IMG/VR virus record: IMGVR_UViG_2671180727_000007
Coordinates: 1-14,631 of that record
DNA length: 14,631 nt
Source of the DNA: a virus
Lineage: Duplodnaviria > Heunggongvirae > Uroviricota > Caudoviricetes
Strand: one strand, 5' to 3'
The notes under the pieces are model-generated. The model made no database searches and was not told where the DNA came from. It saw only the letters and a program-made list of their open reading frames with translations. Numbering within the stretch: position 1 is the stretch's first letter; every line of letters starts with the position of its first letter. Made by a program: the position numbers and the translations under genes. Below are positions 1 to 7,195 of the stretch, piece after piece.

Positions 1-98
<98 letters not shown>

Positions 99-129
99 TA
101 ATAAAGAAAACCCGCCTGTTGGCGGGTTT
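99..129 (-). terminator. Intrinsic terminator-like hairpin (stem AAACCCGCC / GGCGGGTTT, loop 117..120) with a T-rich tract on the minus strand; weaker on the plus strand
   Basis: 9-bp GC-rich inverted repeat at 108..116 and 121..129; minus-strand downstream sequence is TTTTCTTTATT. Sits immediately inside the left terminal repeat boundary. Confidence 0.45.
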
Positions 130-404
130 ATAAAGAATTATGGCGCTTGTTGAGGAAGTCACTCCTCTTACGCACTTTGTTTTGCCATGCCGGCAGTTAG
201 CTTCTGCCTTTGACTATTCATGCGGCAACCCCGCATTTCGCCACAATGGGCAATTCACTTTTATGGAATAAACTGGCCGTTGTGTCGATTTAATTAGCAT
301 GGCCTTACCATGCTAATTTATTCAACTTGTACAATCCTACAAATCTATCCACTCAGGCTTACACCGTCTTCGTTATTGTAGAAATGAGGATCATCAGCGT
401 TGAA

Positions 405-620
405 TCAGCTTAGAGCAACGACATTTGCTGCTGCTGGGCCTTTAGCCCCATTCTCGATAGAGAATTCGACCTGCTGGCCTTCTTCCAAAGTGCGGAAATT
501 ATTACTCTGAATTGCCGAAAAATGTACAAAAACATCTTTACTGCCATCAGCAGGAGAAATAAAGCCAAAGCCTTTATCAGAGTTAAACCATTTTACTAAA
601 CCAGTCATTTTATTAGACAT
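405..620 (-). CDS. CspA-family cold-shock protein (70 aa + stop)
   Basis: Translation [38 protein letters not shown]... carries the RNP1/RNP2-like motifs (KGFGFI, VFVHF) of the E. coli CspA/B/G/I family. Internal ATG at 618..620 is preceded by AAGAAGG 7 nt upstream; the 103-aa form in the ORF track is a leader read-through. Confidence 0.88.
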   Translation of the reverse strand: MSNKMTGLVKWFNSDKGFGFISPADGSKDVFVHFSAIQSNNFRTLEEGQQVEFSIENGAKGPAAANVVALS

Positions 621-835
621 AGATATTACCTTCTTAATTTTGTGAGCCACATAGTGCGGCGAGAATTTGATCTGTATAGATTGGGACTTACTTAGGCACT
701 TAAGGAGGAGACTCACGAAGAAGGGAAATCAGAAGATAACACTGAACTGAGACTGCTTTACTAAAACTGCTTACATAAGGTCTGTCTTGCAAACCAACGA
801 TGCTATTAACGCATACCCCTTCTTTTCATGCAACC
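621..835 (-). promoter_or_regulatory. csp promoter and long 5' leader with cold-box-like element
   Basis: On the minus strand: -35 TTGCAT (828..833), 18-nt spacer, -10 TTAATA (804..809), then a leader starting ~TTGGTTTGCAAGACAGACC (779..797) that resembles the cspA cold box as I recall it, giving a ~180-nt 5' UTR as in cold-shock genes. Confidence 0.55.
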
Positions 836-949
836 TTTATTTTTCAAAGATAACTAATTTTTGTCACCATTGGTTTAGTAAACGTTAACGAACCAGACGA
901 TGCCAGACACCTTTACAGAGAACAGATGCCCGCCAATTGGCGGGCATCA

Positions 950-1513
950 TTATGCGCATTTCGCAATATCTTTGCGGCGTTTAATCAGTTTCTCCGCAAT
1001 TTGCTCTATTTCGTTGAAATCTTTCGAGACGCTGTTTCGAAGCGCCAGATTCCATTTACTCAAAGTTCGGGCATTTTGGACAATTTGATCGCCCTCTTTA
1101 AGTCTTCCGTTATTCATGAGCCATTCAGCCACATCAGCCCAATCCCAGAGAGGAGACTGGCCTTTTATGCGTTGTACAGGGCAAGGGAAGTCGCCGCTTC
1201 CGCGCTTACCGTCTTTGAGCAACGCCACTGCCTGGCGAGACAGGTCTGTCAGTTCCGCGATATCGCTTAAGCCCACAAGAGCCGAGTCGACGGATTCAAC
1301 AATTGCACCGATACCGGCTGATTCAATATTGTCGACCGCAGATGCGATAGCTGCATCAAGTGATTGTGCTTCGCGGTCAAATTCTACATAGACGGAGTTT
1401 CCATATGCGCAAATTAGCGCATCGTCACAGCCGTTTTGGTACAGCGCGTCTTCCAGTCCTTCCGTCTCATACGATACGCCTGAGAGCGTCAGAGTGAAGT
1501 TATAAAGCGCCAT
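950..1513 (-). CDS. Hypothetical protein (187 aa); C-terminal region looks helix-turn-helix-like; second gene of a two-gene operon
   Basis: ORF with ATG at 1511..1513 preceded by AGGAAA 4-5 nt upstream; the track's 199-aa form starts at a TTG 12 codons earlier. No family recognised from sequence. Confidence 0.6.
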   Translation of the reverse strand: MALYNFTLTLSGVSYETEGLEDALYQNGCDDALICAYGNSVYVEFDREAQSLDAAIASAVDNIESAGIGAIVESVDSALVGLSDIAELTDLSRQAVALLKDGKRGSGDFPCPVQRIKGQSPLWDWADVAEWLMNNGRLKEGDQIVQNARTLSKWNLALRNSVSKDFNEIEQIAEKLIKRRKDIAKCA

Positions 1514-1573
1514 AGTTTTCCTTTGAAGATAGTTGGACAGTTTCTGCAAAAGGCGGCTAATGCCGCCTTGAAA

Positions 1574-1798
1574 TCATTTACAACGATCAACCATTCGTTT
1601 GATCTGTTTGGCATGGTTTTCGGGATTACCCGGAGTCGACCATACGCTCATTTGGTGAGTTTTGTGTTCACCTTCTGGATTACCGCATCGCAGTCTGCAA
1701 AAACAATGTGCAGCACCACCAGCTGCTACCCAGATCCAGCCTTTACTTAATGCATAGTCAATGGCTGCTTGAATATGCTTATTCGGATGTTGCTTCAT
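1574..1798 (-). CDS. Hypothetical small Cys/His-rich protein (74 aa); first gene of the operon
   Basis: ATG at 1796..1798 with GGAGG SD (complement of 1802..1806) and a consensus promoter immediately upstream; contains an HCFCRLRCG cluster. Family not recognised. Confidence 0.6.
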   Translation of the reverse strand: MKQHPNKHIQAAIDYALSKGWIWVAAGGAAHCFCRLRCGNPEGEHKTHQMSVWSTPGNPENHAKQIKRMVDRCK

Positions 1799-1815
1799 TC
1801 GCCTCCGATAATAGT

Positions 1816-1845
1816 ATTCTATTCACAGTGTTGACATCTGTCAAC
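1816..1845 (-). promoter_or_regulatory. Near-consensus sigma70 promoter (TTGACA-17 bp-TAGAAT) for the minus-strand operon, with the -35 embedded in a 16-bp perfect palindrome GTTGACA-TC-TGTCAAC (1830..1845)
   Basis: -35 is the complement of 1839..1844, -10 the complement of 1816..1821, spacer 17 bp; the palindrome overlapping the -35 is operator-like. Confidence 0.65.
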
Positions 1846-2010
1846 GGCGACTGAATTTCATCCGTTCATGCCACACCCCCATCCATCTCATGTATGTGAC
1901 CTAAAGATGGTCAGCACAGCTTACCAAAATAAGACAACTAATTATCTTCGGTGATCTCAATATTTTCCCCTGAACAAAGTTGACATGACGCCATAAACCC
2001 GTTCTCTGTT

Positions 2011-2019
2011 TGATATAAT
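2011..2019 (+). promoter_or_regulatory. Extended -10 promoter element TGaTATAAT, candidate promoter of the plus-strand recombination operon
   Basis: TG at 2011..2012 and TATAAT at 2014..2019; the -35 at 17-bp spacing is poor (CCATAA), and a TTGACA at 1980..1985 is too far upstream to pair. Confidence 0.4.
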
Positions 2020-2052
2020 TGATACAGATTTTATAAGTAGGAACCTATTAGA

Positions 2053-2484
2053 GTGAACACTGATATTTTTTCTAAAATCATGGCCGATCTGGAGTTCGAC
2101 CGCGACAACCTTGAGGAAGTATGGCGTAAACAGCCACGGCTTTTAATGGAGTATGGGTCAAAACTAGCGCAGGCAGATCGAGATGTCGCAGAGGCAAAAC
2201 TTAACCTTGAAGCTGTTGAAGCAAAGCTATACGACACAGAGCGTAAGAACTTGAGTATGAACGGCATTAAGTTCAACGAGTCTGTACTGGACGCTAAGGT
2301 TAAAACAAACCCACAGTATCTGTCTAAACGGCAGAAGTTGGATGAAGCACGGCACATCGCAGACATATACAAACATGCTGTCGCCGCCTTTTCGCATCGC
2401 CGAGACATGATCGTTCAGGCGTCAAAGATGGCCATCGTTGAATTAGAGCGATTAGGCTCTGAACGCTTTATTACTCCCCGTTGA
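2053..2484 (+). CDS. Hypothetical coiled-coil protein (143 aa), possibly a UvsY-like recombination mediator
   Basis: GTG start at 2053 with AGGAA 9 nt upstream (an internal ATG at 2080 has no SD). Size, predicted helical character and position next to gp32-like and UvsX-like genes; sequence resemblance to T4 UvsY is loose and from memory only. Confidence 0.5.
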   Translation: MNTDIFSKIMADLEFDRDNLEEVWRKQPRLLMEYGSKLAQADRDVAEAKLNLEAVEAKLYDTERKNLSMNGIKFNESVLDAKVKTNPQYLSKRQKLDEARHIADIYKHAVAAFSHRRDMIVQASKMAIVELERLGSERFITPR

Positions 2485-2601
2485 TTTTTGATAGATAATA
2501 AGTAAGTACTGATCTATCATTTAACAGCTCGAAAGAGCCACGAATGAACGAAAGCCCAACGCGCATAGCGCCATCGGCCAAATCACAACAAGGAGAAACA
2601 C

Positions 2602-3630
2602 ATGTCTAAGACATTACTTGATTTGCTTAACAAAACTCGTGAAGACATTGCCGCCAAACGTGGCAACAACGTTGATCTGACTCGCTTAAAAGACGGCGTC
2701 AACTATATCCGCATCTTCCCGAATAAAGACGACCCAAACGGTAAGTTCTTCCAGACTTTCGGTATGCACTACGTTAAGTATCAGAACGAGGAAGGTAAAG
2801 AAGCAACCAACGCTTATATTTGTGAGCAACATACTCACGGTCGCGCTTGTCAGCTATGCGAAATGGTTATGGAAGGTCGCGCTCGTCACAAGGGTAACAA
2901 AGCAATGGAAGAACGCATCGGTCAAATGCGTGCCACTCCTCGCTACCTGGTCAACGGCATTCTTTCTGCTCGTGAGGATTTCGCAGATGCTGAGAAATGC
3001 CAGTTAATCGAGCTGCCGTCTACTGTATTCGATGATATCTGCAAAGCAATCACCGAAGACATCGCTGATGATATCGGCAATCCACTGAGCAAAGAGGAAG
3101 GCTACGCATTCCTGATTAAACGTACTGGCTCTGGTCGCGATACCAAATATGACGTCTCGCCTAAGCGTAAAGTCTACAAAGGCGATATCGAAGATAAATT
3201 CTGGAACACCCAGCATGATCTGATCGCATACGCAAATCAGGCTGATGAAACTCGTCTTCTGTCGACAGTTCGCACTATGGGTCGTCTGATTGGCATCGCT
3301 GCACCAACTGCCGCAGCATCTGCACCAGCAATTTCCTCAACCGCGAAAACATCGGCTGCGGCACTACCTGGATTTGGCTCTGTCACTGGTCATACGGAGG
3401 GTGCGACTGCTGTAGCAACCGCTCACACCCCAGCTTCTGAACCAACCAGTCTGGTTGATGAAGAAATCCTCCGTGCCGTTGAAACTGAATTTAAACCAGA
3501 AGCAAGTTCCGCTGCCGTTGCCGTATCAGTCAAAGAGTCTGAAGCAGTCGCAGCGACATCTGTAGCAACCGCATCTGCGACGGAAGATGAAGGTCTGGAT
3601 GACCTACTGAGAGAGCTGGACTCTCTGTAA
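2602..3630 (+). CDS. gp32-like single-stranded DNA-binding protein with zinc-binding motif and acidic C-terminal tail
   Basis: GGAG SD 7 nt upstream of ATG. Cys74-X8-Cys83-X2-Cys86 with nearby His residues (CEQHTHGRACQLC) resembles the T4 gp32 Zn subdomain; C-terminus TEDEGLDDLLRELDSL is acidic as in SSBs; residues ~231-330 are Ala/Ser/Thr-rich low complexity. Confidence 0.7.
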   Translation: MSKTLLDLLNKTREDIAAKRGNNVDLTRLKDGVNYIRIFPNKDDPNGKFFQTFGMHYVKYQNEEGKEATNAYICEQHTHGRACQLCEMVMEGRARHKGNKAMEERIGQMRATPRYLVNGILSAREDFADAEKCQLIELPSTVFDDICKAITEDIADDIGNPLSKEEGYAFLIKRTGSGRDTKYDVSPKRKVYKGDIEDKFWNTQHDLIAYANQADETRLLSTVRTMGRLIGIAAPTAAASAPAISSTAKTSAAALPGFGSVTGHTEGATAVATAHTPASEPTSLVDEEILRAVETEFKPEASSAAVAVSVKESEAVAATSVATASATEDEGLDDLLRELDSL

Positions 3631-3646
3631 TCCCATTACGTGACCA

Positions 3647-3675
3647 GTAAGGCGTCTACGGACGCCTTACTTTTT
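3647..3675 (+). terminator. Rho-independent terminator after the SSB gene
   Basis: Stem GTAAGGCGTC (3647..3656), loop TACG, GACGCCTTAC (3661..3670), followed by TTTTT. Confidence 0.7.
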
Positions 3676-3690
3676 GGAAGGAATGTACCG

Positions 3691-4635
3691 GTGAATTATC
3701 TCTTCGTAGATGGCAATAGCCTGGGTTATTACCACCAACAATCTGACAAATTGCACAACGGCGAAATGGAAGTACAGGCTGCTTTCGGCTTTGTTAAGAA
3801 CGTCCGTCGTTATGCCTCCATCCTCCATGCCCGACCTATGATTCTTTGGGATGGATTTAGTGACAAGCGTCGCGACTTTTACCCGGACTACAAAGCAAAT
3901 CGCGACGACGATCCTGATATGAAAAAGATGAAGGAAGGCTTTGCTGTCCAGAAGCCATACATCCTCAAAATGATGACCGCGCTTGGTGTTAACCAAATCA
4001 TTGCAAAAGATGCAGAAGCGGATGATCTGGCCGGGCTGCTGGTATCCCGCATGGCACCGCAGCCAACCGTTGAACACATCTATCTGTTAACAGGCGATAG
4101 CGACTGGCTTCAGTTAGTTCGTGAAAACGTAAGCTGGGTAAGCCTGCGTGAAGACGCCAAAAACAAGCAGGTTAATTTTGAGCAATTTGCGGAGCTGACA
4201 GGATTCGCCACGCCTCGCGCATTTTTGGAAGCAAAAGCATTACAAGGCGATAACTCGGACAACATTAGCGGTGTTGGAGGCATTGGTGCTGGCGGTGCGA
4301 AAGAGCTGCTGCATGAATGGGGAAGTGTCGCAACGATGGTACGCGGCATCAACGACGGCTCAATCGTGGTTAATAAAGGGCGTCATAAGACCGCCTTCAA
4401 CAAACTAGCGAAGAATGCCTTCAACGAGAAAACAGGCTGTCGAATGCTCGAAGCGTTCAAGAGAAACATCACGCTAATGAACCTGATTGAGACGAAGTTT
4501 CCGCCTACCGAAATCGAAACAATCAAAGGCAATCGTGACGTGAAAGCATTCGAGCAAATGTGCTACGAGCTGAATTTCCGTTCGTTCCTTGAAGACCTTG
4601 AAGTGTTTGTTCTTCCATTCGAAAGGTATTGCTAA
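3691..4635 (+). CDS. 5'-3' exonuclease / flap endonuclease (T4 RNase H-like, FEN family)
   Basis: Motifs LFVDGNSL, RRDFYPDYKANR (cf. T4 RNase H RRDFAYYYKKNR), AEADDLAG, LLTGDSDW and an H3TH-like GVGGIGAGGA. GTG at 3691 with GGAAGG 9 nt upstream is preferred over the in-frame ATG at 3640, which lies inside the preceding terminator hairpin. Confidence 0.85.
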   Translation: MNYLFVDGNSLGYYHQQSDKLHNGEMEVQAAFGFVKNVRRYASILHARPMILWDGFSDKRRDFYPDYKANRDDDPDMKKMKEGFAVQKPYILKMMTALGVNQIIAKDAEADDLAGLLVSRMAPQPTVEHIYLLTGDSDWLQLVRENVSWVSLREDAKNKQVNFEQFAELTGFATPRAFLEAKALQGDNSDNISGVGGIGAGGAKELLHEWGSVATMVRGINDGSIVVNKGRHKTAFNKLAKNAFNEKTGCRMLEAFKRNITLMNLIETKFPPTEIETIKGNRDVKAFEQMCYELNFRSFLEDLEVFVLPFERYC

Positions 4636-4901
4636 TGCTTAAATCGATTATCAATGGCGCTACAACCACCCCTGCCCAACTAGCAAAAGAGATTGTCTTT
4701 TATCACGGTGAGTACGCTGTCATCGCACTGCCGTCAATTCTAGGCGCTGCCGGAATGAAAGCGACAGATCGCGAGTTTGGATTAGTCAGCGAGCAGGTCG
4801 TAAAAATCCTCGCTCGTGTATCCAGACTCCTTAACCACGATGCGATTGTATTCGATGAATCCGCCGCTTTAAAACGAATCAACGAAACAAAAGGAGCCTG
4901 A
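4635..4901 (+). CDS. Hypothetical protein (88 aa), translationally coupled to the exonuclease gene
   Basis: ATG overlaps the exonuclease stop (TAATG) with GAAAGG 8 nt upstream; ends 2 nt before the recombinase ATG. Confidence 0.5.
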   Translation: MLKSIINGATTTPAQLAKEIVFYHGEYAVIALPSILGAAGMKATDREFGLVSEQVVKILARVSRLLNHDAIVFDESAALKRINETKGA

Positions 4902-4903
4902 TC

Positions 4904-5977
4904 ATGGCAAAAGGAAAATCCGCACTGGCACTTGCTCTGAAAAAGAAAATCGGTAGCAACGACGAAATTCAGAAAGTAACTCATTGGATTGATACAGGCT
5001 TTCCACCGTTAAACAAAGCTATTTCTGGTCGTTACGATGGCGGCTTCCCATGTGGTCGTATCGTCGAAGTATTCGGTCCTCCAAGTGCAGGGAAAACGTT
5101 CCTTGCAACAGCAGCGATGATCTCCGCTCAAAAACAAGATGGTCTGGCGGTATTCCTCGATCATGAAAACAGTTTTGACGTTGGCCTGGCTGTCGCCAAT
5201 GGCCTGAACGCAGATGAGGATGACGGTCAGTGGGTATACAAGCAGCCAGATACCTTCGAAGACTCTGTAGAGTTGATCGGCACAATACTTAAATTGGTTC
5301 GTGATGAAGAGCTTATCCCCGAATCAGCACCAATCTGTATCGTGGCTGACTCTCTTGCGTCTATGGTTCCGAACTCCAAAGCCGAGAAGTTCGAAAAGAT
5401 GGCTGAAGGCACTGCCAAAGACAAAGATCAGCTAAACATGAACGACAATACGGCACTGGCTCGTGCGACGAGTGCGAACTTCCCTACTCTGGCTTTGTGG
5501 GCACGCAAATACAACGCCTGCATCATCTTCTTGAATCAGGTTCGCACAAAAATCGGTGTAATGTTTGGCGACCCTACTACGTCGCCAGGTGGAGATTCAC
5601 CGAAGTTCTACGCTTCTGTACGTATCCGTCTTGGTGCATCGGTGATGAAGGATGGTAAAGAGAAGATCGGCCAGGACGTAGGCGCAGAATGCATCAAAAA
5701 CAAAGTTGCACCACCGTATGGCAAATGCACCTGGAAATTCTACTTCGATCCTACTCGTGGCCTCGACGTTATCGAATCGCTCGTCGAGTACATGCTGGAA
5801 GAAGGATACCTGCCAAAGAACGCCAGCGGGCGAGTTGAAATTGGTGACAAGAAATACACCAAATCGCAGATCGTCGAGATGTATCGGGAGAAGCCACTGG
5901 CTGAAATCATTGCGGCTTTGCAGGCAATCGACGACCGAAGAGCAAAAGACAACCCCACCGAGTCAGTAGAAGAGTAA
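4904..5977 (+). CDS. RecA/UvsX-family recombinase
   Basis: Walker A GPPSAGKT (RecA: GPESSGKT), AVFLDHENSFD, Walker B-like ICIVADSLASM; GGAG SD 7 nt upstream of ATG. Confidence 0.8.
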   Translation: MAKGKSALALALKKKIGSNDEIQKVTHWIDTGFPPLNKAISGRYDGGFPCGRIVEVFGPPSAGKTFLATAAMISAQKQDGLAVFLDHENSFDVGLAVANGLNADEDDGQWVYKQPDTFEDSVELIGTILKLVRDEELIPESAPICIVADSLASMVPNSKAEKFEKMAEGTAKDKDQLNMNDNTALARATSANFPTLALWARKYNACIIFLNQVRTKIGVMFGDPTTSPGGDSPKFYASVRIRLGASVMKDGKEKIGQDVGAECIKNKVAPPYGKCTWKFYFDPTRGLDVIESLVEYMLEEGYLPKNASGRVEIGDKKYTKSQIVEMYREKPLAEIIAALQAIDDRRAKDNPTESVEE

Positions 5978-5982
5978 ACACA

Positions 5983-6006
5983 AGGCGTCCACAGGACGCC
6001 TTTTTT
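5983..6006 (+). terminator. Rho-independent terminator after the recombinase gene
   Basis: Stem AGGCGTCC (5983..5990), loop ACA, GGACGCCT (5994..6001), then TTTTTT. Confidence 0.75.
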
Positions 6007-6011
6007 ATCTC

Positions 6012-6040
6012 TTGAAAATATATAAGCACTTACTTATTAT
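6012..6040 (+). promoter_or_regulatory. Sigma70-like promoter TTGAAA-17 bp-TATTAT upstream of the membrane/SPFH operon
   Basis: -35 at 6012..6017, -10 at 6035..6040, 30 bp upstream of the ATG at 6070. Confidence 0.5.
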
Positions 6041-6069
6041 TTTCGCATAACAACCACATAGGAAAACAC

Positions 6070-6270
6070 ATGATCAAAATCTATCTATTGGCAGTAGCCA
6101 CAGGCCTTTCAGTGGCTCTCATCTACGGTTTACTGGTTCCGTCGCTGATTTCTACCAAGAGTGATTTAGCCGTCATGTTTGGAGTTATCGTTGGTTTTGG
6201 TGCTCCTGTAATCGGTCTTATTGCTGGTCGTAAGTTTATCAACTCACTAATCAAAGCAAAGGGGAAATAA
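6070..6270 (+). CDS. Small membrane protein with two predicted TM helices (66 aa)
   Basis: Two hydrophobic stretches (LLAVATGLSVALIYGLLV; VMFGVIVGFGAPVIGLIAG); AGGAAA SD; ends 3 nt before the SPFH gene. Confidence 0.55.
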   Translation: MIKIYLLAVATGLSVALIYGLLVPSLISTKSDLAVMFGVIVGFGAPVIGLIAGRKFINSLIKAKGK

Positions 6271-6273
6271 GTA

Positions 6274-7104
6274 ATGAAGAAAGGTTTACTTGCAGTTGCT
6301 CTGGCGGCTATTTGCACAATGGGTCTTACTGGCTGTGATCGCGTGGAGCCTGGATACGTTGGCATCAAAGTAAACAAATTAGGTGAAGACAAAGGGATTG
6401 GTGAAGTGGTTGGCGTTGGTCGCCAATGGACAGGTCTTAACACCGAACTTTACGTATTCCCGACCTTCAAACAAATGAAGACCTACGACGAGCCGTTCAC
6501 ATTCCAGATGAGTGACGGTACTGCTATTGGTCACAAAATTGGCGTTGCGTATCTGGTTAATCGTGACAAGGTAACGACGGTGTTCCAGACCTATCGCAAA
6601 GGCGTAGACGATATCACCGAATCAGATCTGCGTCAGAAAATTGCCGACTCTCTAAACCGTTTGGCCAGCCGTATGACCACTGACTCATTTATCGACGGTG
6701 GTAAGGCACAATTGCTGGACAACGCACTGAAAGATATTCAGAAAGAGATGTCTCCGGTTGGTATTGAGGTACTGAGCCTGTCATGGGTTGGAAAGCCTGA
6801 TTACCCAAAAACTGTCATTGAATCTATTAACGCCAAAGTAACGGCTAACCAGCGTACTCTGCAACGTCAGCAGGAAGTTGAACAACGTAAAGCTGAGGCG
6901 AATATGCTACGTGAACAGGCTAATGGTGAAGCTGATGCTATCCGTGCTCGTGCGCAAGCAGAAGCAGACGCCATTCGTCTGCGCGGTGAAGCTCTGCGTC
7001 AAAACCCGAACGTTATGGAACTGGAAGCCATCAATAAATGGAATGGCCAGTTACCGCAGTACATGACTCAAGGGGCTAACACTCCTTTCATTACAGTGAA
7101 ATAA
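6274..7104 (+). CDS. SPFH/band-7 (prohibitin/HflK-like) domain lipoprotein
   Basis: N-terminal signal peptide with lipobox LTGC; central SPFH-like region; C-terminal coiled coil with AEADAIR repeats typical of stomatin/HflKC proteins. Confidence 0.75.
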   Translation: MKKGLLAVALAAICTMGLTGCDRVEPGYVGIKVNKLGEDKGIGEVVGVGRQWTGLNTELYVFPTFKQMKTYDEPFTFQMSDGTAIGHKIGVAYLVNRDKVTTVFQTYRKGVDDITESDLRQKIADSLNRLASRMTTDSFIDGGKAQLLDNALKDIQKEMSPVGIEVLSLSWVGKPDYPKTVIESINAKVTANQRTLQRQQEVEQRKAEANMLREQANGEADAIRARAQAEADAIRLRGEALRQNPNVMELEAINKWNGQLPQYMTQGANTPFITVK

Positions 7105-7120
7105 CTCCCCTAAAAAGTTC

Positions 7121-7145
7121 AGGCGTCCAGTTGGACGCCTTTTTT
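7121..7145 (+). terminator. Rho-independent terminator after the SPFH gene
   Basis: Stem AGGCGTCC (7121..7128), loop AGTT, GGACGCCT (7133..7140), then TTTTT; same stem as the terminator at 5983. Confidence 0.75.
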
Positions 7146-7195
7146 ATCGCAATTATCTTATTAAGAAAACAATTTGTTTAAAAGGATAAGAAAAC

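Noticed and set aside
140-271. 43-aa plus-strand ORF (MALVEEVTPLTHFVLPCRQLASAF...)
   Set aside because: No SD and no promoter; too short and unsupported to call.
405-716. 103-aa form of the cold-shock ORF starting at the upstream ATG
   Set aside because: The extension ([18 protein letters not shown]...) is the translated 5' leader; the internal ATG at 618..620 has a strong SD and gives the canonical 70-aa CspA-length protein.
900-1391. Plus-strand ORFs 900..1088, 926..1270 and 1116..1391
   Set aside because: Antisense to and nested in the better-supported minus-strand 187-aa gene; no RBS and low-complexity translations.
1523-1750. Plus-strand 75-aa ORF
   Set aside because: Antisense to the strongly promoted 74-aa minus-strand gene; no promoter or RBS.
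950-1798. Calling the 74-aa/187-aa pair a HicA/HicB toxin-antitoxin system
   Set aside because: Gene order and sizes fit, but I see no HicA-like conserved His/Gly motif and no convincing HicB similarity; left as a generic TA-like/regulatory candidate.
3640-3690. ATG at 3640 as start of the 5'-3' exonuclease gene
   Set aside because: It lies inside the terminator hairpin of the preceding gene and has no SD; the in-frame GTG at 3691 follows GGAAGG and precedes the conserved N-terminal motif.
2822-4352. ORFs overlapping or antisense to the SSB and exonuclease genes (2822..3007, 3004..3216, 3667..4077, 3888..4079, 4110..4352)
   Set aside because: Nested in or opposite to genes with clear family motifs; typical shadow ORFs.
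4703-5969. ORFs overlapping or antisense within the recombinase region (4703..4984, 5019..5285, 5227..5424, 5706..5969, 5740..5958)
   Set aside because: Overlap the RecA-like CDS in other frames or on the opposite strand; no independent support.
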